Notes: generated by a model from the sequence alone, not told the origin. Counted from the stretch's first letter, positions 10,890 through 28,250 are shown. The stretch is 64,000 nt of DNA from Eledone cirrhosa (GCA_964016885.1 OZ024749.1:55738001-55802000), one strand, 5' to 3'. Program-made: numbers and translations.

Positions 10890-11085
10890 TATCGCAGGAG
10901 ATATTTTTACGAACAAAGTTAGCTGGCAGGAAAATCAGGGGTAGACTAACGAATGTAAGACGGTGGGATAAAATCCACAACATCGGTTGGAGTCGCATAA
11001 GAACCCCGCCATTTGGAGATAATTTCTTTCGATAGGACACTATGGAAGGCGTGTCTGAGGACTCTGCCCCACCCCAAACGCCACC
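10890..11085 (+). pseudogene. RTE-clade LINE C-terminal remnant
   Basis: Reads KLAGRKIRGR...RRWD and, after a frameshift, DRTLWKACL, typical of RTE ORF ends (G.R.RGRP..RW.D; DR..WR). Confidence 0.45.
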
Positions 11086-11181
11086 ATGATACTTTCAGGA
11101 ATAAGAGAGCGATGAAGAAAAGGAAAGTTAATTCACATGTTTAGTGGGAAAGGAACTGATTGGTGCATCCAGTCCAAGGCA

Positions 11182-11330
<149 letters not shown>

Positions 11331-11604
11331 CCACAATTTATGAGCCATATGTGTCTGTCATATTTTCTCTTTGCCAGATTACAAACTCAACAATGGGATA
11401 CAATTACGAAACAGTAATAGAAATATGTGACCAATTGATGACATTCTAACAAGAGAACCTCCACTGGAGAACAAAGATTTCAATGTGTCTCTCTTTTATT
11501 GAAACAGCAGGTAGGAGACTCAATGTAACTAATTAGTTGGAAAATCTACACCACCTGTGCTTTTCTATATAATGTAATATATGTACAAATACATTACAAA
11601 TATT

Positions 11605-11648
<44 letters not shown>

Positions 11649-11680
11649 TTACAGGAATCAAAGCTATGTTCAAAGCATTT

Positions 11681-11733
11681 ATAAGCTTACAATTGTTTCA
11701 TCCAAACCGAGGCCTGGAATCTTCGGAGCATAT
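11681..11733 (-). ncRNA. Type I hammerhead ribozyme candidate, core CCGAAGA, palindromic stem III
   Basis: Minus strand: AUAUGCU-CCGAAGA-U UCCA ggccucgguu UGGA U-GAAAC AAUU GUA-AGCUUAU, 36 nt from a (TA)n array. Confidence 0.6.
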
Positions 11734-12072
11734 TTCAATGTTTGTATACATACATGACCTCCTTTCCAACGCAAGAGAGATACAGATACATATGTATATA
11801 TTGATGTACAGTGGGGTGACATATATTATATTATTTCTGAATGGCAATTTAAATTCAAAAATTAAAATCACATTAAAACAGAATCAAAGCAAAATTAAAA
11901 TTAAAATACAACATCAATGCAAATTTAAAATACAATCGGCAGTTAACGTAGATAATGCAAGAGGATAGTTTGCTAGTCAGTAGTAGTAGTTATTGTATGC
12001 ATTAGTTACACGTGGGGCATGCACGTGTGTCTTATTTATATATGATTATTGTGCGGCATTATGTTATATGTA

Positions 12073-12268
12073 ATACAAGCACTTTAAGCGGGTAATCAAG
12101 AGTATTATGGAGGTTGTAGTGGTATATACAAAAATACCTTACCACTACAACCTCCATAATACTCTTGATTACCCGCTTAAAGTGCTTGTATAAGCTATTG
12201 TATAATTTGCTAATAATTACACTAGGAGATAGAACTTATTCATAGAACATTCCATAACTGCTTAATAT
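12073..12268 (+). mobile_element. Fold-back element F (perfect 52-bp arms + tail)
   Basis: 12073-12124 and 12140-12191 are exact reverse complements with a 15-nt loop; tail to ~12268, then a short TA run. Confidence 0.6.
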
Positions 12269-12917
12269 TTATATATATTCAATTTAACAGTTTGTATAGC
12301 TAAAACTTATGTTCTTCATTTCTAAAAACGTTTTTTCTCCTACAATCGTCATATTTTCCATAACATCTTTACTTTTTATGTGTTTATATATAGCAAATGT
12401 TTGTTTTTTTTTACTTTTACGACTCATTTCAATTACAAATTTCTAAACATATAATACCATATTAAGACCTAACACGCACACACACACACGCGCACGCACA
12501 CGCACACGCACACGCACACGCACACGCACACGCACACACACACACCTTCACCTTCTAAATATTTATGGAATAATATAGTGTTTCTTTAAAATAACATGCG
12601 CTACATTTTCTTTATACAATCTCCTCCAGGCCTCCTGAAAACATTCAAACTTATACATATTTACATTTCTAGTTTCCTGTTTCAATTATTTTAAAATTCT
12701 TTAATCTATTTAATTCGATAATTTTCTTCAAATTCTATATATTTTTCCCGTCTACTAACGTTTTTTATGTTCTTACCTATTTGTAATATTTTATCTCGCT
12801 GTTTATATTTTAATTATTATTCGTTTTAAGAAAATAAACTACATATTTTTTCAATGTTTCTTTTTGATCTTACATTCGCGTAGATTTTTTAAAAGTTTAA
12901 ATGTTAAATTCTAAGTC

Positions 12918-13120
12918 GGTGGTGGATTGGCAGAATCATTAAATGGTCGAACAAAAAGCTTTGCAGTTTTTAGTTACGAAAATCTATGTGCTGGGGGTAA
13001 ACTTTGCCTATTTTCTTTTCAGGGGTCTATAAAATAAAGACCTAGTGAAGTACTAGGGTCGATTTATTTGACTTTCCCCTCCCCACAAATTTCTGGCTTT
13101 GTGCTTAAGTAAGAAATCAA
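12918..13120 (+). mobile_element. SINE family A, diverged
   Basis: gtggattggcagaatc head and ggggtc.ataaaataaag...ggtcgattta.ttgacttt body. Confidence 0.7.
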
Positions 13121-13290
13121 TATGTTAGATTATATGAAATAATAAATAAATCGAACTATTTCTCTCTCTCTATATATATATACGCCTCGAAAATATATTG
13201 CCTGGTCTTATTAGAATTATTTCCCTTGGTACTCTAATTTACACTTGAATTACCGAACTCTTTTCCACCCCTCCTGCCATTCTCTATGTG

Positions 13291-13321
<31 letters not shown>

Positions 13322-13333
<12 letters not shown>

Positions 13334-13934
13334 AATATGAAAACATGGAGTGCTGCGTGGTTGCAAATGGGTTACATATGAATAAATTTAGTCCTTCATC
13401 AGTGATCTTCCAACCTTCATTGGTATTTCATCGCTTTAAAGACCATATACCTCTGGTTGGTGCGAGCAACGGCTAAAGAAAGTCGTTGGGACACGTAAAT
13501 AGAGGGAACGAACGAGACAGTAAACAATCAAAGATGGTAATCCAACGAAAAGTGAGGAAGAAGGAGTCAAGTCCCTGAAATCGATGAACATAAGTTCTGT
13601 GAAATCGTGGACGAGAGAGAATAAAGACCATCCAACCTGGTCAAGATGTTAGTGAGGAAAGAATCTCGCACAGGTCAAACGGGACGAAGTAGGAGACGGA
13701 GTAGCAGAGAGTGAGTGAAAGTGTGAGGAAGAGTCTAACAGAGAGAGTGACTGGTAGAGGGGTAAAAGGAAGTGAGAGATACAGAGAAAAGGGGAAGCAG
13801 TAAGAAAGAAACAGACGGGTCACAGCGGAGGAAAATATATATGAAAAATATGAAAACATGGCGTGCTGCGTGGTTGCATATGGGTTACATATGAATAAAT
13901 TTAGTCCTTCATCAGTGATCTTCCAGCCTTCATT

Positions 13935-13939
<5 letters not shown>
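13322..13939. mobile_element. (TA)n-embedded element with ~105-bp direct terminal repeats
   Basis: 13322-13426 is repeated at 13835-13939 (3 substitutions, period 513). Purine-rich interior; long TA arrays on both sides. Confidence 0.6.
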
Positions 13940-13998
<59 letters not shown>

Positions 13999-14756
13999 GT
14001 ATATTCAAATGTATATAATTATATACAATATTATATGCAGAATTTGTCGTAAATAAATGAAGATCGCCTGTCTGATAACATTTATGATGCTCTCGTTTAG
14101 GAAACTTTCAAATATGTGTGTGAAATTTTCATATTTGTTATAGAAACCCATCATCTTTTCCTTCTTTCTTTTGTTACATTAAGTATAGACGAAATATTAG
14201 AAGTAAAAATGTACTTTAATAATTCTCTTGATTTTATTATTTGCAATTATCGATTTTATTTTTAAATAGGCGAAATAGGATAATACTTGGAGGTTAATTA
14301 GAAACGAAACCCATAACCTCTTCAAGACAGATCAATTTATCATATTCATTCTTATTAGAACAAGAATTTATGCCTTGTTCCCGTGTATTGTGCATCTCAT
14401 TACAGTTGTTTATTCAACGACTGTTGTTAAACGATGGCCTATTGGTACACATGATGGATGTTACATATATGTCTTTGAAAGTTTTGTTCCTCTTTTCTAT
14501 TTTTCTATTGTTTTAAGTATTAAGATTCTACGTCTAGATCCATATACTTGTGAATATTGTTTCCTCACTTTCCAGTCGGTCTCTCAGACATGTAAAGTCT
14601 ATGGGCACAGCCAGTAATGAAATACATCAACGTGAACAGTTTAGAGAAGAACTCTCGCCTTTATGATGTTTCCTGATATTCCTGTTTAGTTTGTTGTAAC
14701 ATGTAATCAGAACTGATGCAGATTATTAAGATTGTGCTAAGCTGGTTGAATCATAG

Positions 14757-15112
14757 TGAAGTCCTATGGCTCAGTGGTTAGATAGTTGTGCTTAAAATTG
14801 TCATGTTGAGTTCCATATCCGAGTGGTGTGTTGTTACCAGTTTATATAACACTCACACATACAGAAATACATTTTATTTCACGTTGCTCCACTTCACTCA
14901 GTTATAAAAATGTGTTGCGACGTCCTTTGGTTCCAAGCTTTATCGGCGTTGACCATTCCCTTAGACTACATAGGAGGTGTGGGGAGGAGACATGGATATG
15001 CATGGGCGAATGCTGGTCTTTGACACAAAACATTGGCCAGACTTTGTGTCTCGGAGTGGAACTTTATAGATGCAAATCCAATGGTCATTCGTGAGCGAAA
15101 TGGGGTCCCTAC
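14757..15112 (+). mobile_element. SINE family B, diverged
   Basis: gtgaaggtcctatggctcagtggttag head; 3' body similar to the 6726 and 61010 copies. Confidence 0.75.
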
Positions 15113-15309
15113 CTGTATTAATCTAAATATTTTTTTTTTGTTTAAGGCAACATATTTGCCGTCGTAACTCCGCCAACACCTACAATACCATCATAATTAC
15201 ATACATACTAGATTTATTCTAATCCTGCCCTGCGAAGGCTGAACTCTCATAAATATGTTATATACATTTTATATTTACAATATATATATATACAGATTGT
15301 GTGCATATT

Positions 15310-15353
<44 letters not shown>

Positions 15354-15363
15354 TTATCTAACC

Positions 15364-15427
<64 letters not shown>

Positions 15428-16006
15428 TAGGGTGCATGCGTAAAAATAACAGCCTTATACAGAACTTAGAAAGTTGTGTTTATTTCTACTGTCAGAGATT
15501 CCATCACCTTAAGCTAGAACGAACGAAAGAAAATCGAACAAATTTCAACTGAGGGGGCGATGTTAGAACTGTGTTACATAGCGACGTATTTTATGAGGAA
15601 TAAAAAGACGAGAAACAATCCTACGTAAATAAATACACACAAACATGATACCAGATACGATGTTGGAGAGATTCTAGTGATAGAGAAAACAGTGTTTAGA
15701 AAATGATTTCCTGATCAACAAGTCAAAAATTTTGTCTACATCGTATATTTCTGGCTGTGAGATAAGCCTTTACAACTGATCAAAATACACACTTTGTATA
15801 ACACATATATACACATAATATATATATATACATAATATATTTATATATAACACATATATACACATAATATATTTATATATAACCTGTATCTCAGGTTGTG
15901 TATACATATGTGCCTTTGTGTTGAAGTAATGTTAAACAATATCTGTTTTAACTTTAGTCGGTTTGGTTAGTATCGGCGTGTGTGGGGAGGGTGGGGGTGG
16001 TAGTGT

Positions 16007-16037
<31 letters not shown>

Positions 16038-16214
16038 GGTTATGCAAAACAAATAACACAGTACAGTGAAGAAATATGTTAGTTTAACGCTTGATAAAGT
16101 TGGAAACATCTTTGCGTTTCGGACACAATCTTACATCAGACAACAGAATTCGACCATATAAATATATATATTATATACATACATTTATGTGTGCGTAGGT
16201 GTATATACTGTATG

Positions 16215-16249
<35 letters not shown>

Positions 16250-16741
16250 GGGGGGGGTGATGGTGTCTGTGTGTATAACAATGAAGTAGATGTAAATAAT
16301 TTAAAATTAACCTCCTGAATTCTATTTAATTGTTACACCTATACAATTAGACCTACACGTATAATCCGTCGAGTGCTATAACCTACGTACACAGTATCCG
16401 TTGATCATCTAACACAAAATACACTCAGTATAAATATACGAAGTATAAATATGGTACCAGGATAAAAATAAGAAAAACTAGGCAACAAGAAGAGGACAGA
16501 CGGAGAAATTTATTGTGTGTTTATGTGAAATATCCTCAAATAAAATCTCTACAGATAAAGGGGAGTTTGGAATGTCATAATGACCAGAAGATGAAAATGG
16601 TGAGAATCTGGCATATCTTTTGATGAAGTATACAGAACTGTACAGTGTATTAGCATCATTACATTATTAGCTTCATCATTACCAGCTCCGACATCTGTAA
16701 CAGACTCAGATAATATATACATATATATGTTTTTATCTAAG

Positions 16742-16836
<95 letters not shown>

Positions 16837-17381
16837 GTATGTGTCCATGTGTATATATACGAATATGTGTATATATATATGTATGTATGTGTATATATAT
16901 ATATATAAGATTTACCAAGCTCCAACTGCAGGTTTTGAGGGCGGAAGATATGGATTGAGAGAGAGAGAGAGATAAACTGACACACACACACACACAGAGG
17001 CACACATACACACACGCATACACGCAGATGGTGTGAGGAGGGTTTTAAATAATGAATGGAAAATAGAAAGGAAGGAAGAAAGGATAAAAGAAATACACAT
17101 CTTGTTATTCGTTGTTCAAAAACTAGATAATTCCGTATTAGAATAAGAAGGAGCCACTTGAATAATCAAGTCATATATGAAACCTCACAGGGTCTTTTGT
17201 ATTCCTTCCTGCTGCCATTGCCATCCAGGATTTCGGTTTTAAGTATTTGAAGAAATATTCATGACGAGTAGCAATGAGGTATATAATAATAATAATTCAA
17301 GAAAACCTACAGAAAACAAAACTAAAAAAAAAAAAAAAATCCCAAGAATCCATCTATCTCTTTCTCCGCCTATTTTCTCTT

Positions 17382-17581
17382 NNNNNNNNNNNNNNNNNNN
17401 NNNNNNNNNNNNNNNNNNNNNNNNNNNNNNNNNNNNNNNNNNNNNNNNNNNNNNNNNNNNNNNNNNNNNNNNNNNNNNNNNNNNNNNNNNNNNNNNNNNN
17501 NNNNNNNNNNNNNNNNNNNNNNNNNNNNNNNNNNNNNNNNNNNNNNNNNNNNNNNNNNNNNNNNNNNNNNNNNNNNNNNNN
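17382..17581. other. Assembly gap (200 N)
   Basis: Run of N. Confidence 1.
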
Positions 17582-17849
17582 ATATATGTATGTACATATA
17601 TATGTATGTATGTACATATATATGTATGTATGTACATATATATGTATGTATGTACATATATATGTATGTATGTACATATATATGTATGTATGTACATATA
17701 TATGTATGTACATATATATGTGTATATATATGAGTATGTAGTTGTTGGACGAGAGAAAAGACTCAATACCGAAGAAGAGTTTAAATATTCATTTATTATT
17801 GCGAAGTAGTGAGTGTTGTTACTCTCGGGATTTACCTGAACACTCGCGA

Positions 17850-18206
17850 GATCGTTGTCGTCGTTGTCGTTGTTGTTGTTGTTGTCATCGTCGTTGCCGT
17901 TGTTGTTGTTGTTGTCATCGTCGTTGCCGTTGTTGTGGTTGTCGTTGTTGTTGTTGTTGTTGTCATCGTCGTTGTGGTTGTTTTCGTTGTGGTTGTTGTC
18001 GTTGTTGTTGTTGCTGATGTCATCGTCGTTGTTGTTGTTGTTGTCATCGTCGTTGTTGTTGTTGTTGTTGTTGTCATCGTGGTTGTTGTTGTTGTTGTTG
18101 TTGTTGTTGATGTCATCGTTGTTGTTGTTGTTGATGTCATCGTTGTTGTTGTTGCTGATGTCATCGTCGTTGTGGTTTTTGTTGTTGATGTCGTCGTTGT
18201 TGTTGT
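17850..18206. repeat. (GTT/GTC)n compound microsatellite
   Basis: Direct reading. Confidence 0.95.
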
Positions 18207-18897
18207 ATTCTGTGTTTCATATTACAAAGGTAAATCTTTGTCTTTATGATGCAACAGTTAATCAAGTTACAAGCGTTCCATTGCCTACCTTGGCAATACA
18301 CATTCAAATCACGTGGCTAATGTTCAATGCTTATATAAGAAAGCCAAAGATTAGTGCATCTTATTCCAACCCCACCCTTTTGGTGTTGAACACTTCAGTT
18401 GATTTCTGGTCACGGACTTGTAATCTCTTGTATAAATTCTGCATTCTCTGTGTTGGGTTCCCCTCAATGCACACGTACATATATACACACGTACATATAT
18501 ACACACGTACATATATACACACGTACATATATACACACGTACATACACACACACACGTACATATATACACACGTACATACACACACACACGTACATATAT
18601 ACACACGTACATACACACACACGTACATATATACACACGTACATACATACACACCTACATACATACACACATATATATACACGTACATACACACACACAC
18701 ACGTATATACACACACACGTACATATATACACACGTACATACACACACACGTACACACGTACACACACACCACACACTGTCTCCCTCGAACACACTCAAG
18801 CTTGCACATTCTCTCTCTCGCACACACTCATTCTCTCGCACTCACACACTCTCTCACACACTCTCCTTCACTCACACTCTCTCTCACACACACGCTT

Positions 18898-18933
<36 letters not shown>

Positions 18934-20337
18934 ATCTATACACATCAGATACCTAAATGCTATTAGAAACACTTATACTGATTAATGCATATGGACGCTT
19001 TTCATTTGTTCTTCTTGTCTTCATTGGGATAAGTCCATGCTGGAGCATGGTTTTACTCCCTTTTCAATTATATACATATATATGACGGCTGGCCCCTCGT
19101 TATCAAGTATGGCCATTGCACGATATAACATTATTAATAATTATTAATTAATGCCATTGTGCAATGCCTGTGCGAGAAGATTTATTTTTAAAGTGTGGAA
19201 ACACTGTGCACTGAGCCAATCCCACTCTCTGAGCGACAGTAGCTATAACCCGAAAAGAAGAAAAGATCGACATCATCGGTAACTACCGAGCCGCAGGTTT
19301 TATATCGCAGTCATCCCAGTTTCCTGAGTTGCCTTCTCCTAGAAGAATGCCCTGACAAAGGCTAGGGGTACGTCACACACGCACACGCACACGCACACAC
19401 ACACACACACGTATAACGGGCTAACAAAGAATGTCCGTCTACCAGCATTGCCCACGTAATTGTACTGTCATGTGATCAACTCTGTCCACGGTACTTAAAA
19501 GCGACCTTCTTAACTACAACGTTATACCAGACTATAATACTGTTACGCCATTGATAAGACGTCACAGTAAGCAACTAAGAAAGGGATTGATGTGATTGCC
19601 CTCTCAAACTGTAGTCATAAGTTCACATAACATGTGTGTTGACGATACAACCAATTGGTGTCCAGCTGGTCACACGCCCTATTATAAGTAGATGCTTTAT
19701 TATCTTTCACATTATAATTCCGTCGTATTTAAAAATAGGGAAAGGCAATTTCGATAATATATTCCTAGACACATTGCGCCTGAAAATATTTAAATATATA
19801 TATACGTACTTACATGAATGTATATGTGTATGTGAATATATCAGACACACAGACACACACACATATAAGCACTAACATACATACACACATATATATATGT
19901 ATAAAGTGGATTGTGATTACTGAAATTCCTTTGATACTAGGTGTGGACGATCAAGGCTAACCCAGAGATCTAAACATCAACGACAACAACAACAACACAA
20001 CCATTAGACATTAAAGGTGTTTCACCTTACAATAGCAACAAAGGGAGAATCAAAGCTTGTAACTTAGTACATAGATTCTTTGAAAGTTAATGGGTAGTTT
20101 GTAGATTCTGAGCTGCGTAGGTGAATATTAATAAGTACGCCAGTGTTAACGTATTTACTGCTCACAGTATACAAACGTTAACTAGAAATAAATATGCTGT
20201 TAAGAAAAGAATAAAAAAAAAATTTGAAAAAAGAATGTTAGACACTAAACTGTATGTATGTATGTATGTATGTGTATATATATGTTTTTGTGTGTATAAA
20301 TATATATATATATATATAATTCTGTATGTGTTCGTAA

Positions 20338-20810
<473 letters not shown>

Positions 20811-20850
20811 TAGATATATACATATATAAGCACCTACCTATGTATGTATG

Positions 20851-21004
<154 letters not shown>

Positions 21005-21042
21005 GGAAAACGATTGTCCGCCGTTCTACGTATGTATACACG

Positions 21043-21077
<35 letters not shown>

Positions 21078-21481
21078 ACTGTATGTATGTAACATCAATA
21101 ATCGACAAATTATTTAGTTAGTTTTATGAGTTATAATCTATATTTTTAGCTTTGACTAGATGACACATGTATGAAATCCAGGATTAGATCAATTTACTGA
21201 TATTTATACAGCTGGGTTTTTACAATGTCTCTTACTCATTTTCGATATTTTCATTTGCTTCTATATTTGTCTGTAAACTAAAAGATATAAAAATCCAGAA
21301 GAATGAATTGCGTAGGCATTGTAATCGCCACACTGTTTGGTCAAATGATGAACAATATATATACAATGTTACATTTAATTGAATGTTTCGTGTTCCAAGT
21401 TCCAATCTTCCAAACGTAGACTTTGTTTCAATATGATTCTTTATATATATAAATATATGTATGTATGTATATATATGTATG

Positions 21482-21516
<35 letters not shown>

Positions 21517-21519
<3 letters not shown>

Positions 21520-21901
21520 ATTCCGGGTTGAATCGGAGGTAACCACAGTAAGGTACTCAATACATAGCAGAGTATAAAAAGTTTTAATATAGAAGAGCTT
21601 CTACAGGACTAGAACTGTTTCATTCGTGAGAAATCACCAGGAAGCTGGCTGTCCAAGTAAATGGTAGTATTTATGTCTTTCCTTATCTGGTGGTGGAAGA
21701 GGGTGGGGATATATTTGTAGTAAGGTTGCCTGGATGCGTCCATAGGCGCTATGCCGGTTGAGCATCCTATGCTCGTTTAGAAAACAAAGAATTAGTGATG
21801 CATCGAAACACAATTAATTAACGTATTACAATTGTTTCTCCGGCGAACAATTGTAATACGTTAATAAATTGTGTTTCGATGCATCACTGATTCTTTGTTT
21901 T

Positions 21902-21902
<1 letters not shown>
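21517..21902 (-). mobile_element. Composite (TA)n-embedded Penelope-like remnant: hammerhead-bearing 3' end + second-family fold-back
   Basis: Hammerhead at 21596-21646. Tail 21517-21566 matches 45654-45708. Inverted arms 21780-21836 and 21846-21902 turn at GAAACAATTGTA. Confidence 0.7.
21596..21646 (-). ncRNA. Type I hammerhead ribozyme candidate, core CUGGUGA
   Basis: Minus strand: AGCUUC-CUGGUGA-U UUC ucac GAA U-GAAA CAG uucuaguc CU GUA-GAAGCU. Perfect 6-bp stem I, 4-bp stem III. Confidence 0.65.
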
Positions 21903-21939
<37 letters not shown>

Positions 21940-22297
21940 TTTCAGCTCACCCCTCGGGTGTGAGCTGAAATTTTCATAGGCTGGCTAACAAGGACTGACG
22001 CTAGAGCTGTGAAATATTGCATGCATTAATTTCAGCTCTTCTTATTCATAGTTGCATTGTTTCTTTACATCGAGTATGTTGAAAAATAAATCTCATTTGG
22101 TCATTGCATGAGAGTATCTTGGTCAACCTATGAACTTCTTACCGGACTGTCGTATGTTATTAGTTTAGTAAAATAGAGAAGATATACGTAAAGCCTTTGC
22201 CAGCCCTGTCAGATCAGTGAGATTATTGTCGTTATCGATAAGCTTAAAATATTGCAATTCGACGATGGTAGGGAGAAAAGAGTATGGTAGGAATTAA

Positions 22298-22361
<64 letters not shown>

Positions 22362-23377
22362 AACAGTATGCGATACATTTAAAATAAAACACAATTCAAT
22401 TTTATTTTTTATTTACAGAACCGATGTATTTTCGTGTTTCGTACGTGTTCACTGTCGAAATAATCTTTAGAAGGTTCCCACCCCCCTCTGCAATAGTTAA
22501 TTTCGATAATCTCAATTCCAGTAATTTGACTTGTAATTAATTTATCTACTACGGAAAGATAAAACGGCAAGTGCAACCAATGGGGAGTTTGAAACTGCGA
22601 ACTTAAAGAGCCTTGCCGAATTATTATCAGGAACATTTAGTATTCTAGGTTCTCCAGATTCTTTCAACCAAGCAACCTAAACCTTAGACGGTTCGTACCC
22701 ATCATAGGCACTGTGGCCAACACATGTGATTTACACATGTTGGTATTTGTTTAAGAAAACACAATTTTATTCGGTAGTCAGATATTTCAAAAGAGGAAAG
22801 ATAACTAGAAATTAAAACATCCTTTTTCCGTTCGTTGTTTTCAGAATTATGTTTTCGTTTTCAATCGCCAACATTTATAAATTTTTCTGTGAGATATTTC
22901 TTCTCCCTTTTATTATCAATTACAATTTCTTCCTGCCTCTTTGATGTTATTTGTTTCGTGTGTTTATAGAAAATTTGCTACTCGGTTATTATTGTAATTT
23001 TTCTATATTTCTCCCCTTTTTTTCTTTTATTAATATTTAAGTGAAATGCTACAATAGTTTACTTAACCAATGGAAATTACTTATTTGTATATATTTAAGA
23101 TTTTACAAGACTTTTGTTAAAACTTACAAGAAATCTTCGGACTCACCATGATGAAGGTATCAAAATCCTATGTAGTCGTTAACCTGCTAAAAATAGCAAT
23201 TAGATCTTGCCGTGTCGTCTTTAATCGTGTCTGACGTATGAAGGGCAATGTTATACTAGAATTAAAGATATACAAGATGTTCATAGCAAACATACCATTC
23301 ATCATAACGATAGGCTTTTATTATAGTCATTTCGTTAGGAACGTCAACATTTTAAATAATTAATATTCGTCAGGTAA

Positions 23378-23599
23378 AGGGTAGTGGACTGACAGTAATC
23401 AGTGGAGTGTCGGACAGAATGCTTTGTGACATAGAGTTACGCCCATTTACGTTCTGAGTTCATATTCCGCCGAGATTAGCTTTGCCTTTCATCCTTACGG
23501 GGTCAATAAAATAAAGTACCAGTAATACACTGGGGTCGATTTAATAGACTTTCCCCTCCCCTCAAAATTGTTGGTCTTGTGTCTAAATTAGAAACCATT
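23378..23599 (+). mobile_element. SINE family A, full length
   Basis: Same head, B box and body as 10405. Confidence 0.85.
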
Positions 23600-23654
23600 A
23601 TATAGTGATGTCCAGGCAGTAGACTTGCAGTATTGGTAGAGCGTCTGACAAGCT

Positions 23655-24330
23655 TATCATCATCATCATCATCATCACCATCATCATCACCATTATCATC
23701 ATCACCATTATCATCATCTTTATCATCATCTTTATCATCATCATCATCATCATCTTTATCATCTTCATCATCTTTATCATCATCCTCACCATCACCACCA
23801 TCGTCGCATCATCATCATCTTTATCATCTTCACCATCATCATCTTCATCCTCACCATCATCATCATCATCATCATCATCATCACCATTATCATCATCACC
23901 ATTATCATCATCACCATTATCATCATCTTTATCATCATCATCATCATCATCATCTTTATCATCTTCATCATCTTTATCATCATCCTCACCATCACCACCA
24001 TCGTCGCATCATCATCACCATCACCATCATCATCATCATCATTACTATTATCACCAATGTTGATATCTTGAGGTGATTCGTTTCACAAATTGCTAATCTT
24101 GGACCAAAATTAGAAAACCTTAACATCGTCACCGTTATCACCATCCCCACCACCATCCCCACCACCATCCCCACCACCATCCCCACCACCATCCCCACCA
24201 CCATCCCCACCACCATCATCCCCACCATCAACCCCATCATCATCCCTATCATCACCATCACCATTAGCCCCATTACCATCAGCCCTATTCCCAACAACAA
24301 CATCATCATCACTATTATTACCACCAATGA
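23655..24330. repeat. (CAT/CAC)n compound microsatellite with internal duplications
   Basis: Direct reading. Confidence 0.9.
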
Positions 24331-24448
24331 TGATATCTCGAGGGTGATCCGTTTCATAACTTTCTCAACTAAACATGGCTCTTCGTTTTGGTTTGTTTCC
24401 TCACAGAACGCTAACACGGGCAGCCATTTCAATACAATAGTTTCTCTC

Positions 24449-25501
24449 GTTACCACTGTCTTACATATACAACTAAATACTCCTCTCACCATTGCAACCG
24501 TTAGTTTATAGTTACCACTGTCTTACATATACAACTAAATACTCCTCTCACCATTGCAACTGTTAGTTTATAGTTACCACTGTCTTACATATACAACTAA
24601 ATACTCCTCTCACCATTGCAACTGTTAGTTTATAGTTACCACTGTCTTATATATACAACTAAATACTCCTCTCACCATTGCAACTGTTAGTTTATAGTTA
24701 CCACTGTCTTACATATACAACTAAATACTCCTCTCACCATTGCAACTGTTAGTTTATAGTTACCACTGTCTTACATATACAACTAAATACTCCTCTCACC
24801 ATTGCAACTGTTAGTTTATAGTTACCACTGTCTTACATATACAACTAAATACTCCTCTCACCATTGCAACTGTTAGTTTATAGTTACCACTGTCTTACAT
24901 ATACAACTAAATACTCCTCTCACCATTGCAACTGTTAGTTTATAGTTACCACTGTCTTACATATACAACTAAATACTCCTCTCACCATTGCAACTGTTAG
25001 TTTATAGTTACCACTGTCTTACATATACAACTAAATACTCCTCTCACCATTGCAACTGTTAGTTTATAGTTACCACTGTCTTACATATACAACTAAATAC
25101 TCCTCTCACCATTGCAACTGTTAGTTTATAGTTACCACTGTCTTATATATACAACTAAATACTCCTCTCACCATTGCAACTGTTAGTTTATAGTTACCAC
25201 TGTCTTACATATACAACTAAATACTCCTCTCACCATTGCAACTGTTAGTTTATAGTTACCACTGTCTTACATATACAACTAAATACTCCTCTCACCATTG
25301 CAACTGTTAGTTTATAGTTACCACTGTCTTATATATACAACTAAATACTCCTCTCACCATTGCAACTGTTAGTTTATAGTTACCACTGTCTTACATATAC
25401 AACTAAATACTCCTCTCACCATTGCAACTGTTAGTTTATAGTTACCACTGTCTTACATATACAACTAAATACTCCTCTCACCATTGCAACCGTTAGTTTA
25501 T
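24449..25501. repeat. 62-bp minisatellite, 17 copies
   Basis: Unit gttaccactgtcttacatatacaactaaatactcctctcaccattgcaactgttagtttata starts at 24449, 24511 ... 25441; no spacers. Confidence 0.95.
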
Positions 25502-25714
25502 GGAACACGCCTGTCATATGTGATTAAAACATTTGGGGTAGAAAAATAATAATAACAATAAACACATTGTTGCTAATTTCAGCGAATCCGACAATTTCTA
25601 TAGACTATTGTGAGTGTTCCTTTGTTGTGAAATTGCGGCATAAAATGGCAGTTTCTTTTAAACGGACGAAGTTGTAGATGGCGAAGTAAAGAAATAGAGA
25701 AACAGTGACAAAGA

Positions 25715-28250
<2,536 letters not shown>

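Noticed and set aside
24449-25501. CRISPR-like array
   Set aside because: Units are head-to-tail with no unique spacers; eukaryotic context and no cas genes.
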